Positions 1 through 12,140 of a DNA stretch of 64,000 nucleotides are shown here, one piece after another. Location of the stretch: positions 7,998,001 through 8,062,000 of the forward strand of contig NC_086375.1 of NCBI RefSeq assembly GCF_036588685.1. Direction: 5' to 3'. The stretch is from Mytilus trossulus (Eukaryota). Each line of letters begins with the position of its first letter. Position 1 is the stretch's first letter. The position numbers were made by a program, and so were the translations under genes. The notes under the pieces were generated by a model. The model was not told the DNA's origin and made no database searches. It worked only from the letters and a program-made list of their open reading frames with translations.

Positions 1-3000
1 ATAATCAACCAATCACAGTGGAACTTGCTGTTTCCTGGACTTCCTGGTAAGTGCAGAAATTACTTTTTTTCTGTTTAATGTTGCAATGTCTAAGATTAAA
101 TCATAATCATTCCGAATATGTAAGAGATATTTGCAACTGAATAATAAGTACATAACAATGAACATTGATCAATCAACGCAAGTAATTTTCTTAAATCTTC
201 AAAACAATGAAAATCCGACAGATCTACCTATTCTTCATTTCTACTTTTACCAAATGGCTCCTTCTATGCACAGGGTTCACCACACTTAAAATGTTGAGGG
301 ATAATTGATGACCTAGCAGGGAGACTAGGGATTGCAATAATGTTTATGATGAATGAAATTTCGCAGCATCTATACTTTTTTTTATTTAAGGAGGCCTCTA
401 ATTTGTATAATAACTACAAAGGTTTTATTTAATTGCTTCGTGATTTGGTAGAATTTAAAATAATACATTGATTAAATGTTGCTGCTTTCCAAAGATTTTT
501 CAAACAGTGACTTATTAGATTTTCTCACAATTGCGCTTAATAACATTAAATAAAGGAAAAAACCATTGACTCTATCCCTTTTTATGAAAAAAAAATCTAG
601 TTGTTAACATAGTTTAGTAATTTTCAATTATCTATAATTTAGTTTCACTCTCTTTCATTCGCAAGCTCACAATACATCGATTTCCCTTAAGGTTGTGATC
701 TGCTATCTTTTTATATTAAAATATATTTCTGAAATCACACTTAAAAGTATTACCAAAAATGTGATTATTTAATTGTCTTATACAGAATCCTGAAACTACA
801 CTCCTGTTGGTATTTGCCATGTCAGTTATGAGTTTTCAAAGATCAAAAACTTCTAATGTCAAACCCATATATTACCTTACAGACTAAATAAATAAATCCT
901 ATATATTACACCAAAGCCCTCAACAATGATTAAAACCTATTTCTATAACAAATTAAATAGTGGTATTACAGTAAGTTTTAATGAACATGCTTGCTATTTG
1001 CTTTTACTGTTATTTCTTTTATTATCTAATGTATTTTCTAGATGTTCCCGATTCTAAAACATTCGATGTGACTTTGATGCTACTATTACTAAGGAACTTG
1101 ACTCCAATGACCCATCCTTCTTGTGGATTTGACCGTCTACCTTCTCCAACAGAAATCACACCAGCTGCAGATTTAGCTAGGATCAAAGACTACAGGAATT
1201 ACCTGGCTCATCTAAATGATGGCAAGCTAGACGCAGGGTTCTTCAATAATGCTTGGAATGATATAACTTGTGTAAGTATCTATATCAATGTCAAGTTGAA
1301 TGATTTTATACCACCTGTTGAAAAGATATTAGAAACAAACATAAGAAGTCGAATTCAGATTCATTTGCCCAAAATATACATCTTATTAATTTATCTATGG
1401 AAAAGATACATTTCTTATTTTAATTGTCATACCTGCAACAAAATTCGCAGAATACAAGGCAAAGAAATATATATATCATGTATCTTGCCCTGCTGCAGCT
1501 TTGGTGACAGCGGAAATTTTGTAAACTATTTGTTTAAAATAGCTTTATATTCCAGAAACTAAGAGACCTGCATGCTTCATTCTTTGTTTACAAATGTTTT
1601 GTATTTTCAAGTTTCAGTCTGTTATATGTCCATTGTCCTTGACCACATTTTTCATGGTTGAGCAATTTCTGGATTAAGATGTATATTTTTTTTCATGTGA
1701 ATATTTCACTTATTGTGAATTAAATTGTAGTTTTGCAGTCAACCTTGATAAGGTCTAGGTCAAAGGGACTCAAAATAATTATTTGACTCCTCTGAGGCTG
1801 AAGTCACTTGAGGTTGCACATAACATTATGGTGTCCAATTCCAAAACTGTACCTTGTAATGTCTACTTCATATTTTAGGTGGCGAACACATTCCTATTCC
1901 AAATCTTTTGGGAGTTTTGGTTCCAACTGTTTAGGAATTAGGGGCCAAAAAAGGGCCCAAATAAACATTATTTTTGGTTTTCGCACAATAACTAGTGAAA
2001 GTAAATAGAAATCAATGAAATTTAAACACACGGTTTATGACCACAAAAGGATGGTTGGGATTGGTGTTAGGAGTTGAGGTCCCAACACTTTAAGAATAAG
2101 GGGCCCAAAGAGTCCAAAATTAAACTTTTCTTTGATTTCATCACAAATTAATTAATTGGGGTTCTTTGACATGCCGAATCTAACTGTGTATGTAGATTCT
2201 TAATTTTTTTGTCCCGTTTTCAAATTGGTCTACATTAAGGTCCAAAGGGTCCAAAATAAAACTTATTTTACACAGTATTATGCAATTGCAAGAAATTTTC
2301 TACTGCACAGTATTGCGCAATAGCAAGAAATCTTCAATTGCACAGTACTGTGCAATAGCAAGTATTTTCAATTGCGCAGTATTGTGCAATAGCAAGAAAT
2401 ATCTAATTGCACAATATTGCGCAATAGCAAGAAATTTTCAATTTGAGTTATCTTTCTTTGTCCAGAATAGTAGTTGAATCAACTTAAATCATTGTTTTAT
2501 ACAATATACAATGTATATTCACTTTTACTACCAACTGATAAATTAAAACAATCTTTACCATTCAGTGATAACAAGGATTTTTTAATTACATTCTAATATT
2601 TTATGATGTATTTAAATGAGTAGTTATTGTTGCAAACTCCTTAAGAATTTTGAATTGAGATCAGTTTTGGAATAAGGGAAAGGGGGATGCGAAAAAAAAA
2701 TTGAAAAGGGTGGGGTTATCTCTGTGAACCCAAATTGAATATCTGTGTTCATAAATTGTAATCTTCGGGATTTTGTAACGATACTGTCTGTCCGTCCGTT
2801 TGTCAACTTTCGTCCGTAACACAATTGTTAACACTTTATATTCAATTGTTTCAGGATTTTGACCTCGTGAATATTTAGAATCTTTAATCATGTTGAGGGC
2901 AAAAGTCAAGGTTACTGTTAGACCTTACTTGGAATATACTTTAACCTTATGAATATCTAGAACCAAATTCATTTTCAAGTTCAGCCGTCAGAGAGTCAAT

Positions 3001-6000
3001 TGACCACAAATTGTTACACCATATACATGTAAAAGACATCAATTAAGGCGAAAAAACGCCGAGCGAAAAAAGAAATGTAATATCTTAAATATTATAGTGT
3101 TGTGTGTATGTTGAACACGCAATATGACGTTGAAAGATAAACAGGGTCGTCGGAAACTTTTTTGGAGACGTCAAAGGGACGAACTAAATGAAATAGGTAA
3201 ATTGTGTGACGGGCTTGTCACACAATGCAACTGAATGCTTATGTTTATTGGCGCGTGACTACAAAATCTTAGATTTGCATTTTAGAATAAATAGTCGAGC
3301 ATTGGGGAACTAGTTTCCAAAATTGTTCAATTCTTATTTTTATTTTTAAAAAGTTCCAGAATGAGAGTTAAACGATGTTTTTTTCTCTCGATAAGGCGGG
3401 ACAAAACTCTTGTTCCTTTCTTTTTTGCAAGAAATTGTTGATTTGGAAACTAAAATAAAAGCATGCTCCCTCTTTCCCAACCTAGGCAATAGCCTAAATG
3501 ATTTATTATATTTTTCATTCTTCAATACAAGTATCCGACGTAATTTATTTTTAAAATCATATTAAGTTATTTATGTTTAATAAAAGAACGATAAAGTATT
3601 TATACTTTTGGAGATGACCCCCACATCATATTGTATTCATCTTCCATCCTACACGTGTGCCAGCAGTAGTGTCGATTTTCCTAACACGTCTATTAAGACA
3701 AGCTACAGGTCAAGTTCGATTTTCACGATTTTAGCTTTTCTCCTTGTTCCAACTAGAATATGCACACAAAGGAAAAAAGTGATAAACCATTGTGATTTTT
3801 TGATAAACCAAGGATTCATTTGCTTTCGATGGTATCAAATTTAATTTACATGGTTGGAGAAGATTTTTGCAAGACTTAGATACTGCATTTCTTGATTTTG
3901 CATTTTCTTGCATCAACATTACAAAAACGTTTGCCAAGTATTTCAATGAGTGGTTTCCCTTATGTATAATTATAATAATATATGTATATACATTGTATTA
4001 TGCTAAAACAATGTTCTTACTTATGCAATAAAGATTCAATCATTCTTTCAATATAACCATTGCACTTTTTTTAAAAGCGTCTAATAAGGTGGTTGCTGTC
4101 TGTCATATGTGTGTGAGCTATCACATCATTCCCATTGATTATTGGTTTTTTTTTAAAGAGAGTATACCAAGACCACCTTTTGAACCTGCAAATTTTATTT
4201 AAGTTACTGTATCAAGAACGACAAATAGGAAAAAACTCGTAAAATAACTTCATTTTTTTACAGGCCATAGATAGATTAGGTGGGCAGCAAATGAAACAGG
4301 AGTGTGAACATCTGAAAAATAAACCACTAGATCAAACCAACCAAGAAATAATGATGGACATTAAACGGTCTAATGATGAAATCCAGGAACTAAAAGAATC
4401 ATTGGAAAGTTTGAAGAAATCACATACTAAGATGATAAAATCTCATGAATTACTTCAAGAACGCCATGCTGAGGTAAAGAAATCACATGATATATTACAA
4501 GATGACCATAGGAATGATACAGACGAAATGGAAAAAATTAGGATTTCTCAAAAGGACCTTGTGCCTTGGAATATAAGAGGTAAACAATCTGAGGAGATGT
4601 GTATTCATTATTTCAGTTTATTGTTAGATAAGATTGCTTCAGTGGAATGTGATCAACCATCTTTTTGATGGTAATCAAGGTACATACAACGATTGTAACC
4701 TTCATTTTGATTGCAAAACGTCACTTATTGACAATTGATGCTATGAAACGTACGCGCAAACGAAGACAATAAATAGGCGATTTTAGATACAGGTTTTAAC
4801 GTTGTTTTCTGTCAGTTTCATTAGAATGGAGACACCAATATTGTATTTTAAGCTCCTACGACATCAATTGGTGATTTGGTGCCATCGGATCTTAGAATAC
4901 AATACAGCTATCTTCCACATGAGCAAGGATAAGAATGAAATTTAACAAGAATTTTAGAGGTGAAATGATTTCAGTATTATAATATATATATGTGTGAAAC
5001 AGCAACCAGCTGGTGATTTATATAATCAAATGATAAAATGTTCCTTAATTTATATTTCAGAAATGATTAATGATACACTAAAAGATTGGAAGGACAATGA
5101 TGATAACATGTTTATAGATACAAGAGCTGCCCAGTATGTACTCAAATGTATCAAGGAAAACAGTTGTGTAACTATTACAGCTAGTTCTGGTGTAGGGAAG
5201 ACAGCTACACTGAGACATGTGGCTTTACAAATGGCTAAAGAAGAATTTGATGTCATTCCAGTTACAAACCCAGCTGACATTGTGAGGTTTTGCAATCCTA
5301 AAAAGAAAACATTGTTTGTTGTTGATGATTTATGTGGAAACTTTTCACTCCATCAGAGTGACATAAAAAGTTGGGAACCAATCATGGAGAATATAAAAAA
5401 AGCTCTTGATAAAAAACAAACAAAAATACTTGCAGCATGTCGGTTACAAGTGTACCAAGATGGAAAGTTTGATTGTTTATCAGTTTTCAAGTCATGTGTA
5501 TGTAACATGTTATCAAGGGACATTTGCTTGTCAAAAACTGAAAAAGATTCAATAGCAAAATTATATCTCAATGATAAAGCCTCTGAGATAATTGACTTTT
5601 CTGATTTATATGACTGTTTTCCACTTTTATGTAAATTGTACCCCAATAGTCCTAAACTTGTTATTACAGATTTCTTTCAGAATCCATTTTTGATTTATGA
5701 AACAGAGGTTGATAAGTTTCTAAAGAAAAGCCATTACGCTAAATACTGTGCTTTGGCATTATGTGTCATGTTTAACAACAAGTTGAAGAAAGAAATGTTT
5801 ACAGAAGATGTGAATGCAGAAACTAGAACAATTATTGAGAACACGTGCGAGGCATGCAGATTAGACAGGGGAACATCAAGACTGGTACTAAAGGATGAAC
5901 TTGAGGCACTCACACATACATTTATAAAGAAAGAACAAAACATGTACAAGATAATACATGATAAAATATTTGATTTTCTTTCAAAGATATACGGACAACA

Positions 6001-8077
6001 GATGATAGTTTGCTTGATAAGAAATGCAGATTGTGGTTTAATAAAGGAAAGATTTTTATTAGAAAAACAGGACAACATGAACCAGTTTATAACTATTATA
6101 CCTCCAGCTTATCATCAGATGTACATTCAGAGAATGATTGATGACTGGTCAAAGGGAAAAGTTCAGAATACATTTAGTAACATTAATATGAAGATACCTC
6201 AGTTCAGACAGAGATATCTCAGATATTTGATTACACTAGACATACCCATACAGAGGCAACTAGCAAACATCTGTGATGAAAACGACGTTAAGGACAATTT
6301 TTATGATAATGTCTATGATACTGCTTTATTATATTGTTGTTACATGGGATATTTTTCTTTGGTCAAGTGGTGTTGTAATCATAATGTGAATGTAAACAGG
6401 TGTACATGTAATGGTCAGTCTCCCATTTTGACTTCTTGTGAATATGGTCATACAGAAATAGTGAAAATGTTGATAGACAGAGGAGCAGACTATAATAAAG
6501 GTGATAAGCATGGTCGTTCCCCTGTAATGAAGGCCTGTGAACATGGTTATATAGAAATAGTTGAGATGTTGATAGACCGAGGAGCAGACTATGATAAAGG
6601 TGACTGGAGGGATCACACACCTGTAATGAAGGCCTGTGAACTTGGTTATACAGAATTAGTTGAGATGTTGTTAGACAGAGGAGCAGACTATAATAAATGT
6701 GACTGGAGGGATCAAACACCTGTAATGAAGGCCTGTGAACATGGGTATACAGAAATAGTTAAGATGCTGTTAGACAGAGGAGTAGACTATAATAAATGTG
6801 ATAAACATGTTCGTTCGCCTGTAATGAAGGCATGTGAACATGGTCATATAGAAATAGTAAAACTGTTGGTAAACAAAGGGGCAGACTGTCTTAAATTCAG
6901 TAATGATGGTTGTTCACCCGTAATGAAGGCTTGTGAACATGGTCATACGGAAATAGTGAAAATGTTGTTAGAAATAGGAGCAAATTATAATAAATGTGAC
7001 ATTTGGGATCAGTCATCTGTAATGAAGGCTTCTGAACATGGTCATACAGAAATAGTAAAGTTGTTGTTAGGCAGAGGAGCGGACTATAATAAATGTGACT
7101 GGAGTGGTCAGTCATCTATAATGAAGGCTTCTGAACATGGTCATACAGAAATAGTAAAGATGTTGTTAGACAGAGGTGCAGACTATAATAAATGTGATAA
7201 ATATGGTTGTTCACCTGTAATTAAGGCATGTGAACATTGTCATATTGAAATATTGAAGATGTTGATTGACAGAGGAGCAGACTATAATAAACGTGACTCA
7301 AGTGGTCAGTCACCTGTAATGAAGGCATGTGAACATGGTCATACAGAAATAGTAAAGATGTTGTTAGACAAAAGAGTAAACTATAATAAATGTGATAAAC
7401 ATGGTTGTTCACCTGTAATGAAGGCTTGTGAACGTGGTCATATAGATATAGTTAAGATGTTGGTAGACAGAGGGGCATACTTTAATAAATGTGATGATAG
7501 GGGTCAGTCATCTGTAATGAAGGCTTCTGAGCATGGTCATACAGAAATAGTAGAGTTTTTGATAGACAGAGGGGCAGACTGCCTTAAATGTAGTAATGAT
7601 GGTTCTTCACCAGTAATGAAGGCATGTGAACATGGTCATACAAAAACAGTGACAATGTTGTTAGACAGAGGAGCAAACTATATTGAATGTGATAAATATG
7701 GTTGTTCACCTATAATTAAGGCGTTTGAACATGGTCATACAGAAACCGTGAAAATGTTGTTAGACAGAGGAGCAAACTATAATGAATGTGAGGAATTCGG
7801 TTATTCACTTGTAATGAAGGCTTGTAAACTTGGTCATACAGAAATAGTAAAGTTGTTGTTAGACAGAGGAGCAGACTCTAATAAATGTGAATATTTGGAT
7901 CAGTCAGCTTTAATGATGGCTTGTGAATATGGTCATACAGAAATAGTTAAGTTGTTGGTAGACAGAGGAGTATACTATGATGGACCTGCTATAGATGGGT
8001 TTTCACCTGTAATGAAGGCTTGTGAACTAGGTCATACAGAAATAGTAAAGTTGTTGGTAGACAGAGGGGCACACTAA
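1..8077 (+). CDS. Spliced HEPN (DZIP3-like) - coiled coil - STAND (nSTAND3-type) NTPase - ankyrin repeat protein; 5' end lies outside the window
   Basis: Exons <1-46 (IINQSQWNLLFPGLP), 1042-1271 (DVPDSKTFDVTL...RIKDYRNYLAH, HEPN Rx4H motif), 4264-4579 (AIDRLGGQQMKQEC..., coiled coil) and 5061-8077. All have GT/AG ends with compatible phases. Walker A is ASSGVGKT and Walker B is LFVVDD, followed by a helical region and 17 ankyrin repeats of 33 aa. Confidence 0.85.
1890..2720. mobile_element. Non-autonomous interspersed element (probably Helentron/DINE-like) with ~158-bp subrepeats, in intron 2
   Basis: Shares the atagaaatctatgaaattt...gttgggattga...aggaattaggggccaaaa unit with 15540-15670 and 62320-62925. 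Confidence 0.6.
2271..2444. repeat. ~35-bp minisatellite, 5 copies
   Basis: Unit cacagtattgcgcaatagcaagaaatcttcaattg, head-to-tail with no spacers. Confidence 0.9.
6416..8074 (+). repeat. Coding 99-bp tandem array (17 ankyrin repeats)
   Basis: Unit xSPVMKACEHGHTEIVKMLLDRGADYNKCDxxG repeated with a 99-nt period. Confidence 0.95.
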
Positions 8078-8100
8078 CAAATGTGATGATAAGGGTCACT

Positions 8101-8310
8101 GCAGGGGCGAATTTAGGCGGGGGCGTGGCGGGCGTACGCCCCCCTCCGTAAATTTGCAAAGCATTGGTTGTCCCTAGCTCAAGAAAGTTTCTGAACAGAC
8201 GACGACTAATAATATCGTCGCATTGCATCTGTTTTATCATTCAAAGAAGTATATAAAACAGTAAGTTTAACAGAATCAACATGATTACTCATAAACTTAC
8301 CTACGGTGTA
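8101..8310. mobile_element. Terminus of a DNA transposon (hAT-like), inserted just after the ankyrin stop codon
   Basis: gcaggggcgaatttaggcggggg...cgccccc...aaatttgcaaa and aagtatata...gtttaacagaatcaa; a related copy lies at 61479-61612. Confidence 0.55.
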
Positions 8311-9293
8311 TTAGAACACACCCGTGACATCGCGGGTCCGTTACTGAATTAAAGTATATAACTATGCGCAAGCCTTACTTTAGTATTAGTATTGTCATCT
8401 GATAAAATCATGCCGATTATAAAATACACAGTTTTCTCTGCTTTCAAATCTTTCTGTTTGAACCCGTCGAACTGAAACTTATCAATTATTGGTTATGATA
8501 AATACTAATTACCGTATAGCGGGTTATTTTCGCGGGTGTAAAATTTCGCGTTTTTCATTGAATAAGGTATACGAAAAATTTTGGCGGTTATTATTTTGGC
8601 GGACTCAACATTTTTAACATTACCTTTGCATGTACACTTTTAAATTGGCGGAATTTATTTTGGCGATTTTGTTCTATCCGCGAAAATAAGCGATTTACAC
8701 TCCGCGAAAATAACCCGCTATACGGTATTTGGAAAACAAAAGGTCCTGGAATGGAGTATTTTTTTTAATCAACAGCATTGTCCTATATTAGTTATGAATT
8801 AAGTTGAATTCTTTGATTCGCTGTTTTACGTCACTCATGCCCGCTAATAAATTGAAAACTGTACCTATATGCCTTATTTTTAGTCCAGATTTTTAGTATT
8901 CGTATTGTTATCTTAAAAAGTCTTACTGATTAAAATACTACAATAGGTAACAATTTGACAATTTAGTAGTGCCAACCCTGTGATTATGACCCGTGTATAT
9001 AGCATATTAATCCTGCATACACTGTTTGGTGGTGCCCCTGTCAGATGCGGAACGTACAGATAAGATAATAAGTAACAGGTGATTATACTATTGGTATCGG
9101 TATCGGACTCGACCCGGAACTTCTTAATAATTGGCAATATCACTTACGTGGAAAACAAAAGGGCCTGGAGTGGTGTAATTTTTAATCTACACCTTTGTAC
9201 TATATAAGTTGCATATAAAGTTAAATTCTTTGATTCGTCGTTTTCACGTGATGACGGCTGACAAATTGGACCTCGTAATTTTAGTATTATAGA
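8311..9293 (-). mobile_element. Non-autonomous Helitron
   Basis: On the minus strand it starts 5' TC (TCTATAATACTAA) and ends with hairpin ACCCGCGATGTCACGGGT followed by CTAA (CTAG variant). It sits between A and T with no TSD and has an internal ~100-bp duplication (8729-8830 / 9149-9250). Confidence 0.7.
8512..8725. mobile_element. Tc1/mariner-type MITE nested in the Helitron
   Basis: TIR CCGTATAGCGGGTTATTTTCGCGG / CCGCGAAAATAACCCGCTATACGG flanked by a TA duplication. Confidence 0.9.
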
Positions 9294-9584
9294 TTATAAA
9301 TATATTATTTTTATGCTTCAAAGAAAGGTGACGAACACGGTACTTCGTTTGATGAAATACCATAGGCTTTGGCAGTTAAAGTAAAACAATTGTTACAGTG
9401 TATTTACGGATTTTATAAACAATTTCTTTGATAATCGAAGTTTCAAAACATTACTATTTCACTTTCCAACGAAGTAGGTGAGAGTGCCCTACCCGCGGTT
9501 GGGTTGGTTATTTCATCATTGTACTGCGAACAGTCCATGTAACTGGTTAGATTCTTTCTTAATAACAGATAGAAATACTGGTTC

Positions 9585-9777
9585 ATGTGATGAAAGGAGT
9601 CAGTCACCTGTAATGAAGGGGTGCGAACATGGTCATACAAAAATAGTAAAGGTGCTGGTAGACAGAGGCGGTTACTGGAATGAATGTGATGGTGATGGCA
9701 AGACACCTCTAATGAAGGCATATGCACATGGTCATACAGAAATAGTAAATACTGTTATGCCTAAGTGTAGGAGTTGA
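9585..9777 (+). pseudogene. Two stranded ankyrin repeats, the former C-terminus of the upstream gene
   Basis: CDERSQSPVMKGCEHGHTKIVKVLVDRGGYWNECDGDGKTPLMKAYAHGHTEIV has the same unit as the array and is separated from it by about 1.5 kb of inserted sequence. Confidence 0.8.
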
Positions 9778-10104
9778 GGATGATAGTTTCATATATGTAT
9801 CATGTTTCATTCTTTTCTTGTGTTGCTCAGAAAGTTCATTTCTACTTTCACTTTCATTTCCGTGTTCCGCTACTCTGAGCTGCACTGGTTTATCATGAAC
9901 GTAAGGCAATAACTTTCTTATCTGGGGGGGGGCCTGGGGTTTTTTTGAGAAAAAAAATGTTGATGGCCTAGCTGACTGAAAAATGATTATATTTTGCATT
10001 GTAGCTGAAAAAAAAATTATGCTGTCATCTGCTTGAAAAAAAAAATTGCACTGCTAAATAAAATTTGAGAATGGTGAACCTAACAACAGTTGAGACAGTG
10101 AAAT

Positions 10105-11370
10105 AGCAGATATTGATACAAATCAGAATTAAGAAACTGAATGGGTCCATCAATGCACATGCTACCTCAATCTTTAAAGACCCAAATGTTGCAAAAGACC
10201 TATCCGACCTCCATGACAAATATGTTGTTGTCCCCGCAGATAAAGCCCCAAATAAAATCGTTTTTGTGTTTATAAGTCATTACATTAACTGCTTGAGAAT
10301 TGACAATTCACTTGAAAACTCAACATATACCCTCACGACACTTACCAATCAGGAAAACCTGGATAATCATAGGTCTGTTCTATGTTCCTTTGGAATTTCA
10401 ACCAAAGATAAAGAACTAGATCTTCCATCACTGTATTGGATACCTCAACTACATAAGTGTCCTTGCAAACAACGGTATATTGCTGGGTCTTCCAAGTGCT
10501 CCACGAAACCTCTTTCTAAATTATTAACATCTATTTTATCAGCAATCAAAGACGGGCTTCAAAGTTATTGTGAAACTGCATATTCTAGGTGGCGTAAATC
10601 AGATGTGGATACTTAAAAATTCCAAAGATCTTTTAGAGTACATACAATCTAACTCTCTTTTATCTTGTAACAGTATTAAAACATTTGACTTTTCTATCTT
10701 TACACAAGTATTATACTACAGATACAGTTAAGTCGGCTTCATATCTCGACTTGCATCTATAAATTGACAATGAGGGTCGGTTGAAAACAAACCTTTACGA
10801 CAAAAGAGATGATTTCAGCTTTCCAATTGTGAACTTTCCATTTCTAAGTAGCAACATTCGATCAGCACCTGCATACGGGGTATATATCTCCCAATTAATA
10901 CGATATTCCCGTGCTTGGATTTCCTATCAAGATTTTCCTGATAGAGGGTTGCTGCTCACAAGGAAGCTATTAAACCAAGAGTTTCAAAGATTTCGTAAAT
11001 TTTACGGACGCCATCACGTGTTGGTTGAACATTATGGAATAACCGTTTCACAAATGATATCGTATATGTTCCTTACGTCGTAACTACAATCCCCTTCCCT
11101 TTCATGAATGTGACCTACCGAATTAGACTATTTACCGGATTTGTAATTACATAAGCAACACGACGGGTGCCACATGTGGCCCTTCCGGAGCACCTGAGAT
11201 CTCCCCTAGTTTTTGGTGGGCTTCGTGTTGTTTATTCTTTAGTTTTCTATGTTATGTCATGTGTACTATTGTTTTTCTGTTTGTCTTTTTTTTTTTAGCC
11301 ATGGCGTTGTCAGTTTGTTTTAGATTTAGGAGTTTGACTGTCCCTTTGGTATCTTTCGTCCCTCTTTTAT
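10105..11370 (+). mobile_element. Penelope-like retroelement fragment (5'-truncated, RT core deleted)
   Basis: VVVPADKAPN, LYWIPQLHK...RYIAGSSKCSTKPLS and LYDKRDDFSFPIVNFPFLSSNI...AYGVYISQLIRYSR. Frameshifts are present, and the YxDD region is missing at about 10710. Confidence 0.8.
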
Positions 11371-12140
11371 AAACATCTGTCCAGTCTACAGATTACGCTA
11401 AGATTTCTATTTATACAATGTACCTTATCACTTTTTGTATGTTCCTGGTTTGATCAAGAAATGTTTTAAAGCATTCAAAATCTCCCGCATATATATGTTA
11501 CTGCATTAAGAACATACTTAAAACTGCAACTGTTATCAACATAAAATGGTCATTTTATAACAGGAATAGATATGGAATCATCTGAGGGAATCATAAGCAG
11601 TCTTTTAAGGTAGCACTTATTGTGTATATGACACAGACTTGTTTACCGGTAGTATTTTCCATTTGCATCATTCTTTATACCTCTTAAATTTTATATGGCA
11701 TGTCAATTATCATAGCTAGAAACAGTGGATGTTTATAATTTGGAGATACTCACTCTTTGCCATTACATATGGAAAAGGTGGCCACTTCAATTGCAGTGTT
11801 AAAATTCAAGGACTGTGGTACCTGTATGATGGACTAAAAGAATATCATAATGTTGGAAGTGGGCTAAAAAAAAACAGAGACAATATCCAATGCCAGGATA
11901 TAGACAGAGCCATGCACTTTACATTTAACATCAATTAGAAAATTAAAATGAATTTTATGTTAATTTTATGGTTTTGTGAGAAAAAAAATGTATTTCTGTT
12001 CCACATTAATAAAAAACAAATTTTGCTTTCCCTCTCATAAGAAAAAAAAATTATCAGAGGAAGGGTCTGAAAAAAAAATTATGAACACAAAAACAATCCT
12101 TTGCTCACCTGTTCTATTCAATCACGTTAAGGGTCTTTAT

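Noticed and set aside
981-1562. 193-aa ORF as a stand-alone gene
   Set aside because: Only 1042-1271 is exon; the flanks are intron read-through past clear AG and GTAAGT sites.
2271-2444. CRISPR-like 35-bp palindromic repeats
   Set aside because: Head-to-tail with no unique spacers, no cas genes, and located in a eukaryotic intron.
5050-7412. Several minus-strand ORFs
   Set aside because: Antisense shadows of the STAND/ankyrin exon.
9552-9570. Acceptor-like ttctttcttaataacag that might splice the stranded ankyrin repeats back on
   Set aside because: No convincing in-phase donor before the 8075 stop that preserves the repeat register.
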